Shown piece by piece: positions 1 through 9,252 of a DNA stretch of 60,024 nucleotides. A model generated the notes under the pieces. It was not told where the DNA came from. It saw nothing but the letters and a program-made list of their open reading frames with translations, and did not search any database. The position numbers and the translations under genes were made by a program. This DNA is from Bacteroidota bacterium (lineage in GTDB: Bacteria; Bacteroidota; Bacteroidia; Bacteroidales; PWNQ01), in contig JBNJHE010000001.1 in the NCBI GenBank assembly GCA_051748205.1, positions 1-60,024 of the forward strand, written 5' to 3'. The stretch's first letter is position 1. Each line of letters opens with the position of its first letter.

Positions 1-119
1 TTCATCTGTATATAATTATGTATTTTTTTCTAATGGCTCTTTTAAAGAAAAAATAAATTTTATTTAAAGTTGTTTCGTGCAAATTTACTATTTTCATACA
101 TCTATAAACAGCGGTTTTT

Positions 120-3100
120 ATGAAAGCATTAAAATTACTTCTGCTCGTATTTTTCTTTGGAGCTAATGTTCAGGCTCAGATTAATGATGATTTTTCAGAC
201 GGAGACCATACCTCTAATCCTCCCTGGGAGGGAGATGTCAGCGATTTTATAGTTAATTCCTCCAACCAACTGCAACTGAATGCTACGGGAGAGGGTGAAT
301 CCTATCTTGTAACTGCTAACCAGTTGGCCGATAGTGTTCAATGGGAGTTTTTGGTGAGATACGGGTTTGCACCGTCGGGAAATAATTTTGGACGGGTATA
401 CTTGATTAGTGATCAGCAAAATATCGAAACAGGGACAGTACAGGGTTATTATCTGCAGTTTGGAGAAACCGGAAGCAATGATGCTATTGAGTTATTTCGG
501 CAGGATGGAAGCAGTATAACATCCGTATGCAGAGGGATGGATGGATTTATTGCCAGTTCATTTGAAATCAGAGTTCGCGTGATTAGGGACCAAAACGGGA
601 ATTGGGACATTCTTGCTGATCCTAATGGAGGATATAATTTTCAACTTCAGGCATCCGGACAGGATAATACGTATCAGTCCACTGCTTATTTTGGCTTCTA
701 TTGTGATTATACGATGTCTTATGCTGATGATTTCTACTTTGATGATGTGCAGGTTAAGACCTATGTGCCGGATACCATTCCTCCTGATGTCGAGCAAATA
801 TCTGTTATTAATGCTCAGGAATTGATGCTGGCGTTTTCGGAACCTGTGCAACTTTCTTCTATGGAAGACCCCATGAATTATACTGTAAATAAGGGGATAG
901 GAAACCCTGCCAGCGCAGTGCAGGATGTAGCCAATCCCAAGCAAGTAATCCTGAATTTTGCTTCTTCTTTTACATCCACAGTAGATTATCAAATTTCGGT
1001 GCAGGGAGTAAAGGATTTGGCCGGAAATATGCTTTCAACTACAGATACATTTACCTTTTATCAGCCAGAGCAGGGTGATGTTGTCATCAATGAGATTATG
1101 GCTGATCCAACACCCCAGGTAGGATTACCGGATGCAGAATACCTGGAACTATATAATCAGGCTGATTATCCGGTGAGTTTGAATGATTGGAAGTTAATTA
1201 TTGGCACTTCCGCAAACATTATTTCTGGCCTGACCATACAACCAGATTCCTTTTTGCTTATTTGTGATGATGATGATACTGCTGCCTTTACAGCTTATGG
1301 TGATGTTTTTGCTCTTTCCTCTATGGCTTTGACAAACTCCGGGACTTCTATAACTTTAAAAAACGAGCAGGAGCAGGTGATTCATCATGTAGCTTATAAG
1401 GACTCCTGGTATCAGGATGATCAAAAAGACGACGGCGGATGGTCTTTAGAACAAATTGACCCCCTGAATTTTTGTGGTGGGGCTTCCAACTGGCAGGCAT
1501 CAACAGCACTTTTAGGCGGAACACCTGGTGCTGAAAATGCCGTGGATGCCTCTAATCCCGATCTGACGGCTCCTTCCGTCAGCAATGTGCGCGTGTTGGA
1601 TTCTGTAACACTGGAAGTGATTTTTTCTGAGCCTATGGACTCACTCTATCTGAACAATGCTGCATTTGTATTGGATCAGGGCGTGGGACAAGCGCAGATA
1701 CAGCAAATAAAAGCACCAAAATACCAAAATGTAATACTTGATCTGAACCAAAAGATTGTGCCATCGGTGCTTTACCAGCTGCAGCTGCAGGATACTGTAA
1801 AAGATTGTGCCGGTAATGCTTCTTTTGGGCTGTCTTTTGAATTTGCTTTAGTAGAACCAGATTATCAGGATGTTGTGTTTTCTGAAGTGATGTGCAAACC
1901 TGCTGATGATAAAAGTCTGCCAGAAGTAGAATACGTCGAGCTATATAACCGGACAGCCTTCCCGTTAGATGTGGGCGGGTGGAAGTTTTCTTATAGTGGA
2001 AATACACCAAAGCAATTGCCGTCGCAGGTAATTCTGCCGGATAGCTTTTTGATTATCTGTGATGATGACGATGCTGACCTGCTTACAGGCTATGGGCCTG
2101 TGCTGCCAATTAGTAGCTTGCTGTTGCCCAATTCGGGAAGTCAGCTTTTATTAACCGATTCTTTGAACCAGGTGATTGCATTTCTTGACTATCATGAAAG
2201 TTGGTATAAAAATGATTTCAAGCAGGAAAATGGCGGATGGTCGCTCGAAATGATCGACCCGAATTATCCTTGTATCGGATATGACAACTGGCAGGCTTCT
2301 AAATCTGCATCAGGAGGAACTCCAGGCCGCACCAATTCCGTGAATGCTTCCAACCCTGATGGGTATGGGCCTCGTTTTGTCAGTACGCAATATGTTAACC
2401 CTTCCATCTTTATCCTTGAATTTGATGAATCCCTGGACCCGGAACGGTTTCCGGTGGCCGGCGACTTTCTTTTACAAGGCGCTGGTGCTGTACTTGATGT
2501 TCAATTGTTAAAGCCCGGTTTTAGCACTATTCAGATTGTTTTACCGCTATCACTTAAACAGGATTCTCTTTACTTGCTGCAACTTAAGGATACCTTGTTT
2601 GATTGTGCCGGTAATCCGGTACAGGATTTTGTCTTTCCTTTGGCGTTCCCTTCTGTAGCTGAAAAGAATGATCTGTTAATTAATGAGGTGTTGTTTAATG
2701 CTTCTGCCGATACCGATGATTTTATGGAAGTGATTAACAATAGTGGAAAGCCGCTGGTGCTCTATAATCTTAATGTTGTTTATGCGAATGCTGATAATGG
2801 AGCAATTTTGGATGAAGTATCCCTGAATAAATTCAATAGAATTCTTTTTGACGGAGAAATTAGATGTTTTACCAGAGAAAAACGAAGTCTGATCGATTAT
2901 TATCAGCGATCGGAAGAAACCAATATCTTTACTGTTGAAGATTTGCCGGCTTTGCAGGCTTCACAAGGGATGCTACTTTTGCGTAATAGCGCAGATGGCC
3001 ACGTTGTTGACTCTATGAGGTATGTCGAGTCTATGCATAACGCATTAATCAAGGACCCTAAAGGGATTTCACTGGAGCGAATCAATCCGGATTTGCCGTC

Positions 3101-3518
3101 TATGCAAGCAGGGAACTGGACATCTGCGGCAGAAACAGCCGGATATGCTACTCCCGGTGTCATGAATAGTCAATATCTGAAAACCGGACAGAGACAGCAA
3201 GGGAAAATAGACCTGGAGTATAAAATGTTCTCTCCTAACGGGGACGGAAACCGCGATGTTTTAGTCATCAATTATCAATTTGGAAAAGCAGGCTACAATG
3301 CCAATGTACGCATATACGACCGCAATGGTATTCAAATAAGGGAATTACACAACAATGTTTTGCTTGAAAGTGAAGGTTCTTTTATCTGGGATGGCTCCAT
3401 GGATGATGCCTCTAAAGCCCCTGTTGGAATCTATCTCATTTATGTGGAGGTTTTTGACACAGACGGAAATATTGGAAAGTACAAAAAGGCAGCTGTAGTA
3501 GGAGGAAGACTTAACTGA
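120..3518 (+). CDS. Large secreted multidomain protein: N-terminal lectin/LamG-like region, three [Ig-like spacer + lamin-tail domain (LTD)] modules, C-terminal T9SS type-B (CHU_C)/FlgD-Ig-like domain
   Basis: The 1132-aa ORF has a signal peptide (MKALKLLLLVFFFGANVQAQ). LTD-like segments start VVINEIMADP..AEYLELYN (~1080-1562), VVFSEVMCKP..VEYVELYN (~1872-2360) and LLINEVLFNA..DDFMEVIN (~2673-3170). The C-terminus FSPNGDGNRDVLVINY..IYDRNG..WDG..GIYLIYVEV (3225-3515) resembles the gliding-motility/T9SS C-terminal sorting domain. Confidence 0.75.
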   Translation: MKALKLLLLVFFFGANVQAQINDDFSDGDHTSNPPWEGDVSDFIVNSSNQLQLNATGEGESYLVTANQLADSVQWEFLVRYGFAPSGNNFGRVYLISDQQNIETGTVQGYYLQFGETGSNDAIELFRQDGSSITSVCRGMDGFIASSFEIRVRVIRDQNGNWDILADPNGGYNFQLQASGQDNTYQSTAYFGFYCDYTMSYADDFYFDDVQVKTYVPDTIPPDVEQISVINAQELMLAFSEPVQLSSMEDPMNYTVNKGIGNPASAVQDVANPKQVILNFASSFTSTVDYQISVQGVKDLAGNMLSTTDTFTFYQPEQGDVVINEIMADPTPQVGLPDAEYLELYNQADYPVSLNDWKLIIGTSANIISGLTIQPDSFLLICDDDDTAAFTAYGDVFALSSMALTNSGTSITLKNEQEQVIHHVAYKDSWYQDDQKDDGGWSLEQIDPLNFCGGASNWQASTALLGGTPGAENAVDASNPDLTAPSVSNVRVLDSVTLEVIFSEPMDSLYLNNAAFVLDQGVGQAQIQQIKAPKYQNVILDLNQKIVPSVLYQLQLQDTVKDCAGNASFGLSFEFALVEPDYQDVVFSEVMCKPADDKSLPEVEYVELYNRTAFPLDVGGWKFSYSGNTPKQLPSQVILPDSFLIICDDDDADLLTGYGPVLPISSLLLPNSGSQLLLTDSLNQVIAFLDYHESWYKNDFKQENGGWSLEMIDPNYPCIGYDNWQASKSASGGTPGRTNSVNASNPDGYGPRFVSTQYVNPSIFILEFDESLDPERFPVAGDFLLQGAGAVLDVQLLKPGFSTIQIVLPLSLKQDSLYLLQLKDTLFDCAGNPVQDFVFPLAFPSVAEKNDLLINEVLFNASADTDDFMEVINNSGKPLVLYNLNVVYANADNGAILDEVSLNKFNRILFDGEIRCFTREKRSLIDYYQRSEETNIFTVEDLPALQASQGMLLLRNSADGHVVDSMRYVESMHNALIKDPKGISLERINPDLPSMQAGNWTSAAETAGYATPGVMNSQYLKTGQRQQGKIDLEYKMFSPNGDGNRDVLVINYQFGKAGYNANVRIYDRNGIQIRELHNNVLLESEGSFIWDGSMDDASKAPVGIYLIYVEVFDTDGNIGKYKKAAVVGGRLN

Positions 3519-3636
3519 AAATACGGAGAAGCCGGTCTAAATGTGAGAAAGCCTGTTGTTGCTTTTTGTGGCTCTGGTTTTTATAAAGAGATAAAGGACC
3601 AGGCCAAAGGATGTTTTCAATGTCAAAGCTATTGTT

Positions 3637-3775
3637 GAGGCCGGTCTAAAAAGTCTTCAAATTGCTGATTTTTATAGTTCTACTCCTAACCCCTAAAGGG
3701 AGATCACTAAAAATCAGTAGTTTGAATAAGCCCTCTTCAGGGGATTTAGGGGTCTTAAGGCTTTTTAGATTGTCC
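3637..3775 (+). repeat. 139-nt nested-inverted-repeat element, copy A (structured sRNA or MITE/REP-like)
   Basis: About 85% identical by eye to 53824-53962, in the same orientation. The inner arms caaattgctgattttta / taaaaatcagtagtttg can pair. The outer arms tctaaaaagtctt / aaggctttttaga can also pair. It lies in the 310-bp gap between two convergent genes. Confidence 0.7.
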
Positions 3776-3828
3776 TCATTGTTTGTTTTTGGAAAGTATC
3801 TTTTTGGTGCTGTAATGCTCGAAAAAAA

Positions 3829-4542
3829 TCATATCAAAGGGCAGGCTAAAGAAACAACACTAATTTTTATTGCCGGAATTTCATGAAGAGTTGAAAAACA
3901 AGCCTCTATCGTAGAGCCTGTTGTGATTACATCATCCACTAAAAGTACATGTTGATTTTCCAGTTGCCTGGCTTGTGAGCTAATTTCAAAAATGGAGCTG
4001 ACATTTTCCCACCGCTCGTAACGGGATTTTTTGGTTTGTGTTGAAGTGTGTACTTTACGTATCAAACTTTTAATATCTTTTTCTGCCTCCATGCTCGTCA
4101 CCAGGCCATCTACAATCTTTTCGCTTTGATTATAGCCGCGTTTTTTCTTTTTTTTCCAGTGTAGCGGTACAGGGATAATATACCGGACATCAGCAAAGCG
4201 CTGCGACTGCATCAGATATTGGCCGAAAAGCTTGCCCAGATAAATGCCGATTTCAGGCTTACTATGGTACTTGAGCAGATGAATTAAGTGCTGCACCATT
4301 TCCCCTTTTTGATAGTATAAAAATGAGGCTGCGGCATGCAACTCAATGCGCCCCCAAAAGATGGCTTCTACCGGATTGTCATTTTCCAGATGAAAACTTG
4401 TTACCGGTAGTTGATATTCACAATGTGAGCACAAGGTGTCCTCGCCTGCATGTAGGTTGCTTCCGCACGATTGACAATAAACAGGAAAGACCAATCGAAA
4501 TAAATTGCCCAGAGTTTCGTTTATTAAGTTGGTTTGATGCAT
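3829..4542 (-). CDS. comF: ComF family protein (phosphoribosyltransferase domain)
   Basis: N-terminal double CxxC (CQSCGS..CSHCEY) and a PRTase motif (VLLVDDVITTGSTIEAC). Confidence 0.85.
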   Translation of the reverse strand: MHQTNLINETLGNLFRLVFPVYCQSCGSNLHAGEDTLCSHCEYQLPVTSFHLENDNPVEAIFWGRIELHAAASFLYYQKGEMVQHLIHLLKYHSKPEIGIYLGKLFGQYLMQSQRFADVRYIIPVPLHWKKKKKRGYNQSEKIVDGLVTSMEAEKDIKSLIRKVHTSTQTKKSRYERWENVSSIFEISSQARQLENQHVLLVDDVITTGSTIEACFSTLHEIPAIKISVVSLACPLI

Positions 4543-4602
4543 AAAATGAGACTTAACAGGGAATTATTTATCAAAGAATATATTTTCAACCATAAAATTA
4601 AA

Positions 4603-4610
4603 TAATTTTG
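4603..4610 (+). promoter_or_regulatory. Bacteroidota-type -7 box (TAnnTTTG)
   Basis: taattttg sits 36 nt upstream of the ATG at 4646. Confidence 0.4.
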
Positions 4611-4645
4611 CAAAAAAAAGGAAGTGAACGCATAAATAATTTGCT

Positions 4646-5560
4646 ATGACAGAAGAAAAAACGTTAGGGAAAAAGCAAAAAAATATTTACTTAATCATCA
4701 TCGCGGTGCTGGCGATGATTATTCTTTTTCTTGGGTATAAGCTAATGCAAACCAAAACCCAGGTGGAAACTGTTATTGTCGAGAAACAAGATCAAAGGAC
4801 TCAATTGCAGGGAGAGTTGGATAATCTGATGATTCAACATGAAAAAATCAAAACAGAATACGGAGAAGTTTCAGACAAACTTTCTGAGAAAGACTCTGTT
4901 ATTGCTGCTAAAGCTCAGGAAATAGAGCGGTTGATTGCTACACAGGCGGATTATTACCGCATAAAACGAAAATTGGAATATTTGCGAAATTCCCACCAGC
5001 GCTATGTAGAACAAATCGACTCTTTATTTGTCGTTAACCGGGAGTTGAAGGTTGAAAACAAACAAATCAAAAGCCAGTATCAGCAAACAATTTCGGAAAA
5101 AGATAAGGTTACCAAAGAAAAGGAGCAACTGGAAGAAAAGGTGGGTGTTGGAGCACTCTTAAAAGCCTATGCTATTTCTGCTGATGCTATTCATATGGGA
5201 GGCTGGACAGGCGACAAGGAGAAAATTGTGGATAAAGCACGGCGCCTTGATAAAATCAAAATTTGTTTTACCATCGGAGAGAATCTGATTGCTCAGCCTG
5301 GTGAACGAATTGTTTACTTGAGGATTGCGCGTCCTGACAATAAAATTTTGTATAAGCGAAGCGAGGATCACTTTATGTATAATGGGGAAAAGTTGCAGTA
5401 TTCCCTGAAAAAGACCATCGATTATCAAAATAGTAAGCAATCGCATTGCCTGTACTGGAAAAAAGATGAGAACGCTAAAAGTGTAATGGAAGGAAATTAT
5501 ACAATAACAATATTTGTTGATGATCAGGAAGTAGGCCAAACCATAATGCGGCTTGAGTAA
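4646..5560 (+). CDS. Hypothetical membrane-anchored coiled-coil protein with a C-terminal beta-rich domain
   Basis: One N-terminal TM helix (IYLIIIAVLAMIILFLGY). A charged, heptad-like region of about 130 aa follows, then a C-terminal domain of about 130 aa. I recognise no family. Confidence 0.6.
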   Translation: MTEEKTLGKKQKNIYLIIIAVLAMIILFLGYKLMQTKTQVETVIVEKQDQRTQLQGELDNLMIQHEKIKTEYGEVSDKLSEKDSVIAAKAQEIERLIATQADYYRIKRKLEYLRNSHQRYVEQIDSLFVVNRELKVENKQIKSQYQQTISEKDKVTKEKEQLEEKVGVGALLKAYAISADAIHMGGWTGDKEKIVDKARRLDKIKICFTIGENLIAQPGERIVYLRIARPDNKILYKRSEDHFMYNGEKLQYSLKKTIDYQNSKQSHCLYWKKDENAKSVMEGNYTITIFVDDQEVGQTIMRLE

Positions 5561-5563
5561 ATC

Positions 5564-8500
5564 TTAAAACATTGCCCTGAGCTGTATGCGCCCGATGTGA
5601 ATAGTTTTTGCCCCGGGCGTTTTTCTTCCTTCATACTGAACATTCATTTGTAAATAGTCCAGGATTTTTCGTTGATAACTGATGGTCCAGCGAAAATTAT
5701 CGCCTGCTTTAAATCCCTGTAGCATTTCATATTCTAGCGTGCTGTTTTGCGGGTTCGGATATTTTATGGCTAAATAATGAAGCTCGAGCTGTAAGTCGCC
5801 ATGTTCCGGGCGCGAAAGCTTTGTCTCTATTCCATAATCCATGATGCTGGCCTGTTCTTTTGCTGAAATAGTGTTTTCTTTATCGCTCCAACTCACCATT
5901 CCTTTTATACGGAATTGCCTTCCAGGCTGATAGTGCAGCTGTGGCTCGATTTCATGATAGGTGATCTCGTATTCTTTGTTAGCGAAAAATTCCGATTCTC
6001 TGGTCTTTGAACCCAGCTTAAATTCAGAAAAGAAACTGAAAGCGGAGTTCAGATTCCAACGCAGGTAGAGTTTATGTCTTTCTGCACTCTGTTGTTCTGA
6101 GCCGTTGGCTAATAAACTTTTGTTCTGATTCTGCTCGTAACTCCAATGGGCTCCGAAACGGGAATGACTGCGCTGAAAATAAAGTACATTTTTGAACTGT
6201 TGATTCAACGTTATGAGGGAGTCGTTATCCTGGTTAATATGAAAAGGATTATACGCTTTGATATATTCCTGAAACTGATTTTTTTGTGACACCCTGTATG
6301 TTAACCGGTTGGTGAATTTTTTAAGAATTTTTCTCATGAGCTGATCATGATCTGTCCAGATAAGGCCTGGGTTTAGATGTAATATTTGTCTGAACTGGTT
6401 GGTATAAACTCGAATATAATCGTCTGAAGGTGTGTATATTCTTATGTAATTTGCCTGATCCTGAAATGTGGCTATTTCAAACTCATTTAGTTCCTTAACC
6501 CCATTTCCATTATAGTCTTCCCATTGATAAACGCCTTGTCCGGGGCTTACTTCAAGATAGGTGAAGGTTTTCTCTACCTCGAGCCCGGAACCGCTTTCGT
6601 AAAATGTTTGATTCGTAATCGCTCCGTTGGCAAAACGCCCACTGTATTGCACACGGCTGGTCAGGTTCTCTTCTGGTTTGTTATTGCTGAGGCTGTCCAA
6701 AATCGACAGCTTTCGCCATGAAATTTGTGCATTGAGGTTTTGTTGTTTGGATATTTTCCAGTTCATTTGAAAAGAAGCCTGACGTGCCAGCGATGCTTCC
6801 CTGAGTTGACCACTTAGCGGAAGATGGTCTTTCCGTTGTTCAAGACGCAGGCTGCTGCTGAAACGCCCGGTATCCGGAAGCGAGACTTCTGCCCCGTATC
6901 GCTGAAATGCAAAACTGTTTGAATTCAGGCTATCCCGGTCCAGATAAAACATGTTTTGATCTTTTTCTTCATCGATTGTCATCATAAATCCATTAAAGGC
7001 TTTACCTGCTACAATTTTATGACGTATATAGCGCGACTGCAAGCTACCTTGATCAGTATGTAGGAAGCTACCCTGAACCTTGATAAGATAGCCGTTCCGT
7101 CTGTAGTTGCCTTTTAATTGATATCTGTTCCCCTGATAACTGCCCCTGCGTTCAAGGTATTGATGCCCCAATTCTATTTGTCCATATTTTTTATCCTGAA
7201 AATTTGTGGTTACTTCACTATGTATTTCCTGATGATTTCTGACCTGCTCAAGGTTCCAGTCGCGGTTGAATTCTACAGAACGAAATCGTTGAACAGCATT
7301 AAAATTTCTATGAATGACCTGAAAAGAACCATGACTGACCCATTTAAATCGACTGCTGTCCTTTGTTTGTCCCGGGCTTTGCTGATGTTTTATCCATAGC
7401 TCGGTGGCATATCCTTTATTGTCCTTGGCATCCTTGTCCGAAAATAAATTCAGATCCTGGTTCGATGCTGTGAAATTCAGGCCGGAGCTGAGTGATTTAC
7501 TGAAATCATACTGCCCTTTTATGGAAAATAACTCATGTTTTTTTGGGGGAATAAGGACCTGGACCGGTGCATAATTCCCCTGAGAGCGTCCTCCTACAGG
7601 CTCTATCCATTGATAAACAGTTCCGTTAGCTGAGGATTGAGTCTTGGTATAATCCCCATTGCCTTGTCCTACTTTGGAGAATTTTACACGGTAAACAGCA
7701 CTGTCCGGATTTGTGGAATACACCAAAACGGAGTCATAACCCAGGCTATCTGTCATTTTATATAATATTTCGTCCTGATTAAAGCCTGTTGAGTCTATGC
7801 CACTTCTAACGGCTTGTTTCATATCATCACCCGCGCGAGACAGAATGCTGCGTGTTGTGTCATTCATCTCAAGCTCAAATGGCTGATTTTTTAAATCACT
7901 TTGGTTGAAGTATTGAATTTGGACATCGAGATTTTTGGTGCGGTAGCCGGTATTTGCAGTAATTAAACTACGGGCATAATTGCGGTCGGAATATTCAAAT
8001 TCTACTATGATGCGACTGTCTTTGTTGATTATATGCTTTGGGGTAAAGGTAATTTCTCCGGCATTATAGTTGATCGTATAGTCCTGATTTTCGCCGCGTG
8101 TAAGTTTTTCGCCATCGAGATAAATGGTTTCAGACCCGGCAAAAACGATAATGAAGCGCTCGTTGTTATTGCCTTCCAGTTTATATGGCCCCTGGTTAGC
8201 TTCTTGTCCCTGGATTTGATTTCTGGCATATTTGCCTTTGGATAATGCCGCTGACGCCGAAGCACTGACCAGGCTTTTGGAGTCAGGAGTTTCAAAAACA
8301 GTTTGTGCCTTTACTCCCTGTCCCTTTAACTTGTATTTTAAAAAATGATTTTTTTGTTCACGAACCTCAAAATCCCCCGCAGTAAAGATTGTTTTGTTCT
8401 GGGATATTTCAATAAAGACTTTGTCAAATTCCTGGATCTGCTGTGTGTTGCCTTCGGGCTGAATCGGGATGTTGTTGTCGGTGATGGCTGCGCGTATATT

Positions 8501-9034
8501 CATCTCATTGGTTAAGGCTCCGTTTAGCTGTAAATTTAAGTCGGAGCTTAATGATGCATCCTGTTGATTGCCAATTGAAAAACCCCGGCTGATCGCTCCT
8601 GATTTTTGAAGTTCGCCAAAGTCAAAAAAATCTTCTTCTTTTTCGTTCTGACTACGAATAAACAATTCGTCAACGGTTTGTGCTTTGCGATCTATAGTGT
8701 CAGAATAGATCGCTTTCCATTGCCTGTTGAACTGTTGAGCAAATACCCGGTAAGAAATTTTTATGCTTATGGAATCTTGTTGCAAAAAGAATTTTTCCGG
8801 ATTTTTTACAATCATCAGTGCATTTGGTGCATCAAGAATAAAACTGTTTTTATGAAGAGAATCTGCAAACTCCAAACTTCCTGGCACAATGCTAAGGCTG
8901 TCAATACGGGTTGTGTCGTCAGTGATTTGTAGGGTTTTGTTCCGATTAAGGGAAAGCTGCTGGGCTGGGAGCTTGTACCCTGAGATTAGCATGACGGCGA
9001 AAAGGATGATATAATACAAATTGATCCTACTCAT
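5564..9034 (-). CDS. Large predicted outer-membrane (beta-barrel type) protein, family not recognised
   Basis: The 1156-aa ORF has a signal peptide (YYIILFAVMLISGYKLPAQQ). Most of its length has alternating, aromatic-rich beta-strand-like composition. The C-terminus ends ..RIQLRAMF, an OMP-style terminal Phe. No TonB box/plug or POTRA motifs were noticed. Confidence 0.55.
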   Translation of the reverse strand: MSRINLYYIILFAVMLISGYKLPAQQLSLNRNKTLQITDDTTRIDSLSIVPGSLEFADSLHKNSFILDAPNALMIVKNPEKFFLQQDSISIKISYRVFAQQFNRQWKAIYSDTIDRKAQTVDELFIRSQNEKEEDFFDFGELQKSGAISRGFSIGNQQDASLSSDLNLQLNGALTNEMNIRAAITDNNIPIQPEGNTQQIQEFDKVFIEISQNKTIFTAGDFEVREQKNHFLKYKLKGQGVKAQTVFETPDSKSLVSASASAALSKGKYARNQIQGQEANQGPYKLEGNNNERFIIVFAGSETIYLDGEKLTRGENQDYTINYNAGEITFTPKHIINKDSRIIVEFEYSDRNYARSLITANTGYRTKNLDVQIQYFNQSDLKNQPFELEMNDTTRSILSRAGDDMKQAVRSGIDSTGFNQDEILYKMTDSLGYDSVLVYSTNPDSAVYRVKFSKVGQGNGDYTKTQSSANGTVYQWIEPVGGRSQGNYAPVQVLIPPKKHELFSIKGQYDFSKSLSSGLNFTASNQDLNLFSDKDAKDNKGYATELWIKHQQSPGQTKDSSRFKWVSHGSFQVIHRNFNAVQRFRSVEFNRDWNLEQVRNHQEIHSEVTTNFQDKKYGQIELGHQYLERRGSYQGNRYQLKGNYRRNGYLIKVQGSFLHTDQGSLQSRYIRHKIVAGKAFNGFMMTIDEEKDQNMFYLDRDSLNSNSFAFQRYGAEVSLPDTGRFSSSLRLEQRKDHLPLSGQLREASLARQASFQMNWKISKQQNLNAQISWRKLSILDSLSNNKPEENLTSRVQYSGRFANGAITNQTFYESGSGLEVEKTFTYLEVSPGQGVYQWEDYNGNGVKELNEFEIATFQDQANYIRIYTPSDDYIRVYTNQFRQILHLNPGLIWTDHDQLMRKILKKFTNRLTYRVSQKNQFQEYIKAYNPFHINQDNDSLITLNQQFKNVLYFQRSHSRFGAHWSYEQNQNKSLLANGSEQQSAERHKLYLRWNLNSAFSFFSEFKLGSKTRESEFFANKEYEITYHEIEPQLHYQPGRQFRIKGMVSWSDKENTISAKEQASIMDYGIETKLSRPEHGDLQLELHYLAIKYPNPQNSTLEYEMLQGFKAGDNFRWTISYQRKILDYLQMNVQYEGRKTPGAKTIHIGRIQLRAMF

Positions 9035-9252
9035 ATACCTGCAGCGTAAATTTGTCCGGTTGAGAGAACAAAGGTCTGAAATTTATGATACCATGGCTAA
9101 ACAAATGTTCGATGAGATAAATTTATTATGGCTTTTTAGACTACACTCAAAAATGCAAGTGTAAATGGATTTTGACATGGTATGATTTGTGACTCGCAAA
9201 ATGATTTTAGCTAATATTGCATCATGATATCATCATCAAAAACGTAAGAAAT

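Noticed and set aside
558-992. Long antisense or alternative-frame ORFs embedded in recognisable genes. Examples are 558-992(-), 1633-2010(-), 33216-33821(-), 39526-40035(+), 43130-43528(-), 48646-49047(+) and 54769-55170(-).
   Set aside because: Each lies wholly inside a CDS with strong family motifs on the other strand or in another frame. Their translations are low-complexity or Cys/His/Arg-rich with no motifs, as expected for shadow ORFs.
3662-3886. A 74-aa ORF on the plus strand that overlaps the structured repeat. A 68-aa ORF at 53902-54108 on the minus strand does the same at copy B.
   Set aside because: Both ORFs are created by the repeat sequence itself and lie on opposite strands at the two copies. 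They have no start context and a low-complexity translation. The one at 3662 also runs into the comF 3' end. I treat both as artefacts of the element, not genes.
9217-9252. 5' extensions in the ORF track that start at TTG or GTG: 9217, 11526, 13889, 28834, 40542, 42699 and 53983.
   Set aside because: In each case an in-frame ATG a few codons downstream gives an N-terminus typical of the family. At 13889 the TTG lies inside the putative -7 promoter box. I used the ATG starts, but this was not verified experimentally.
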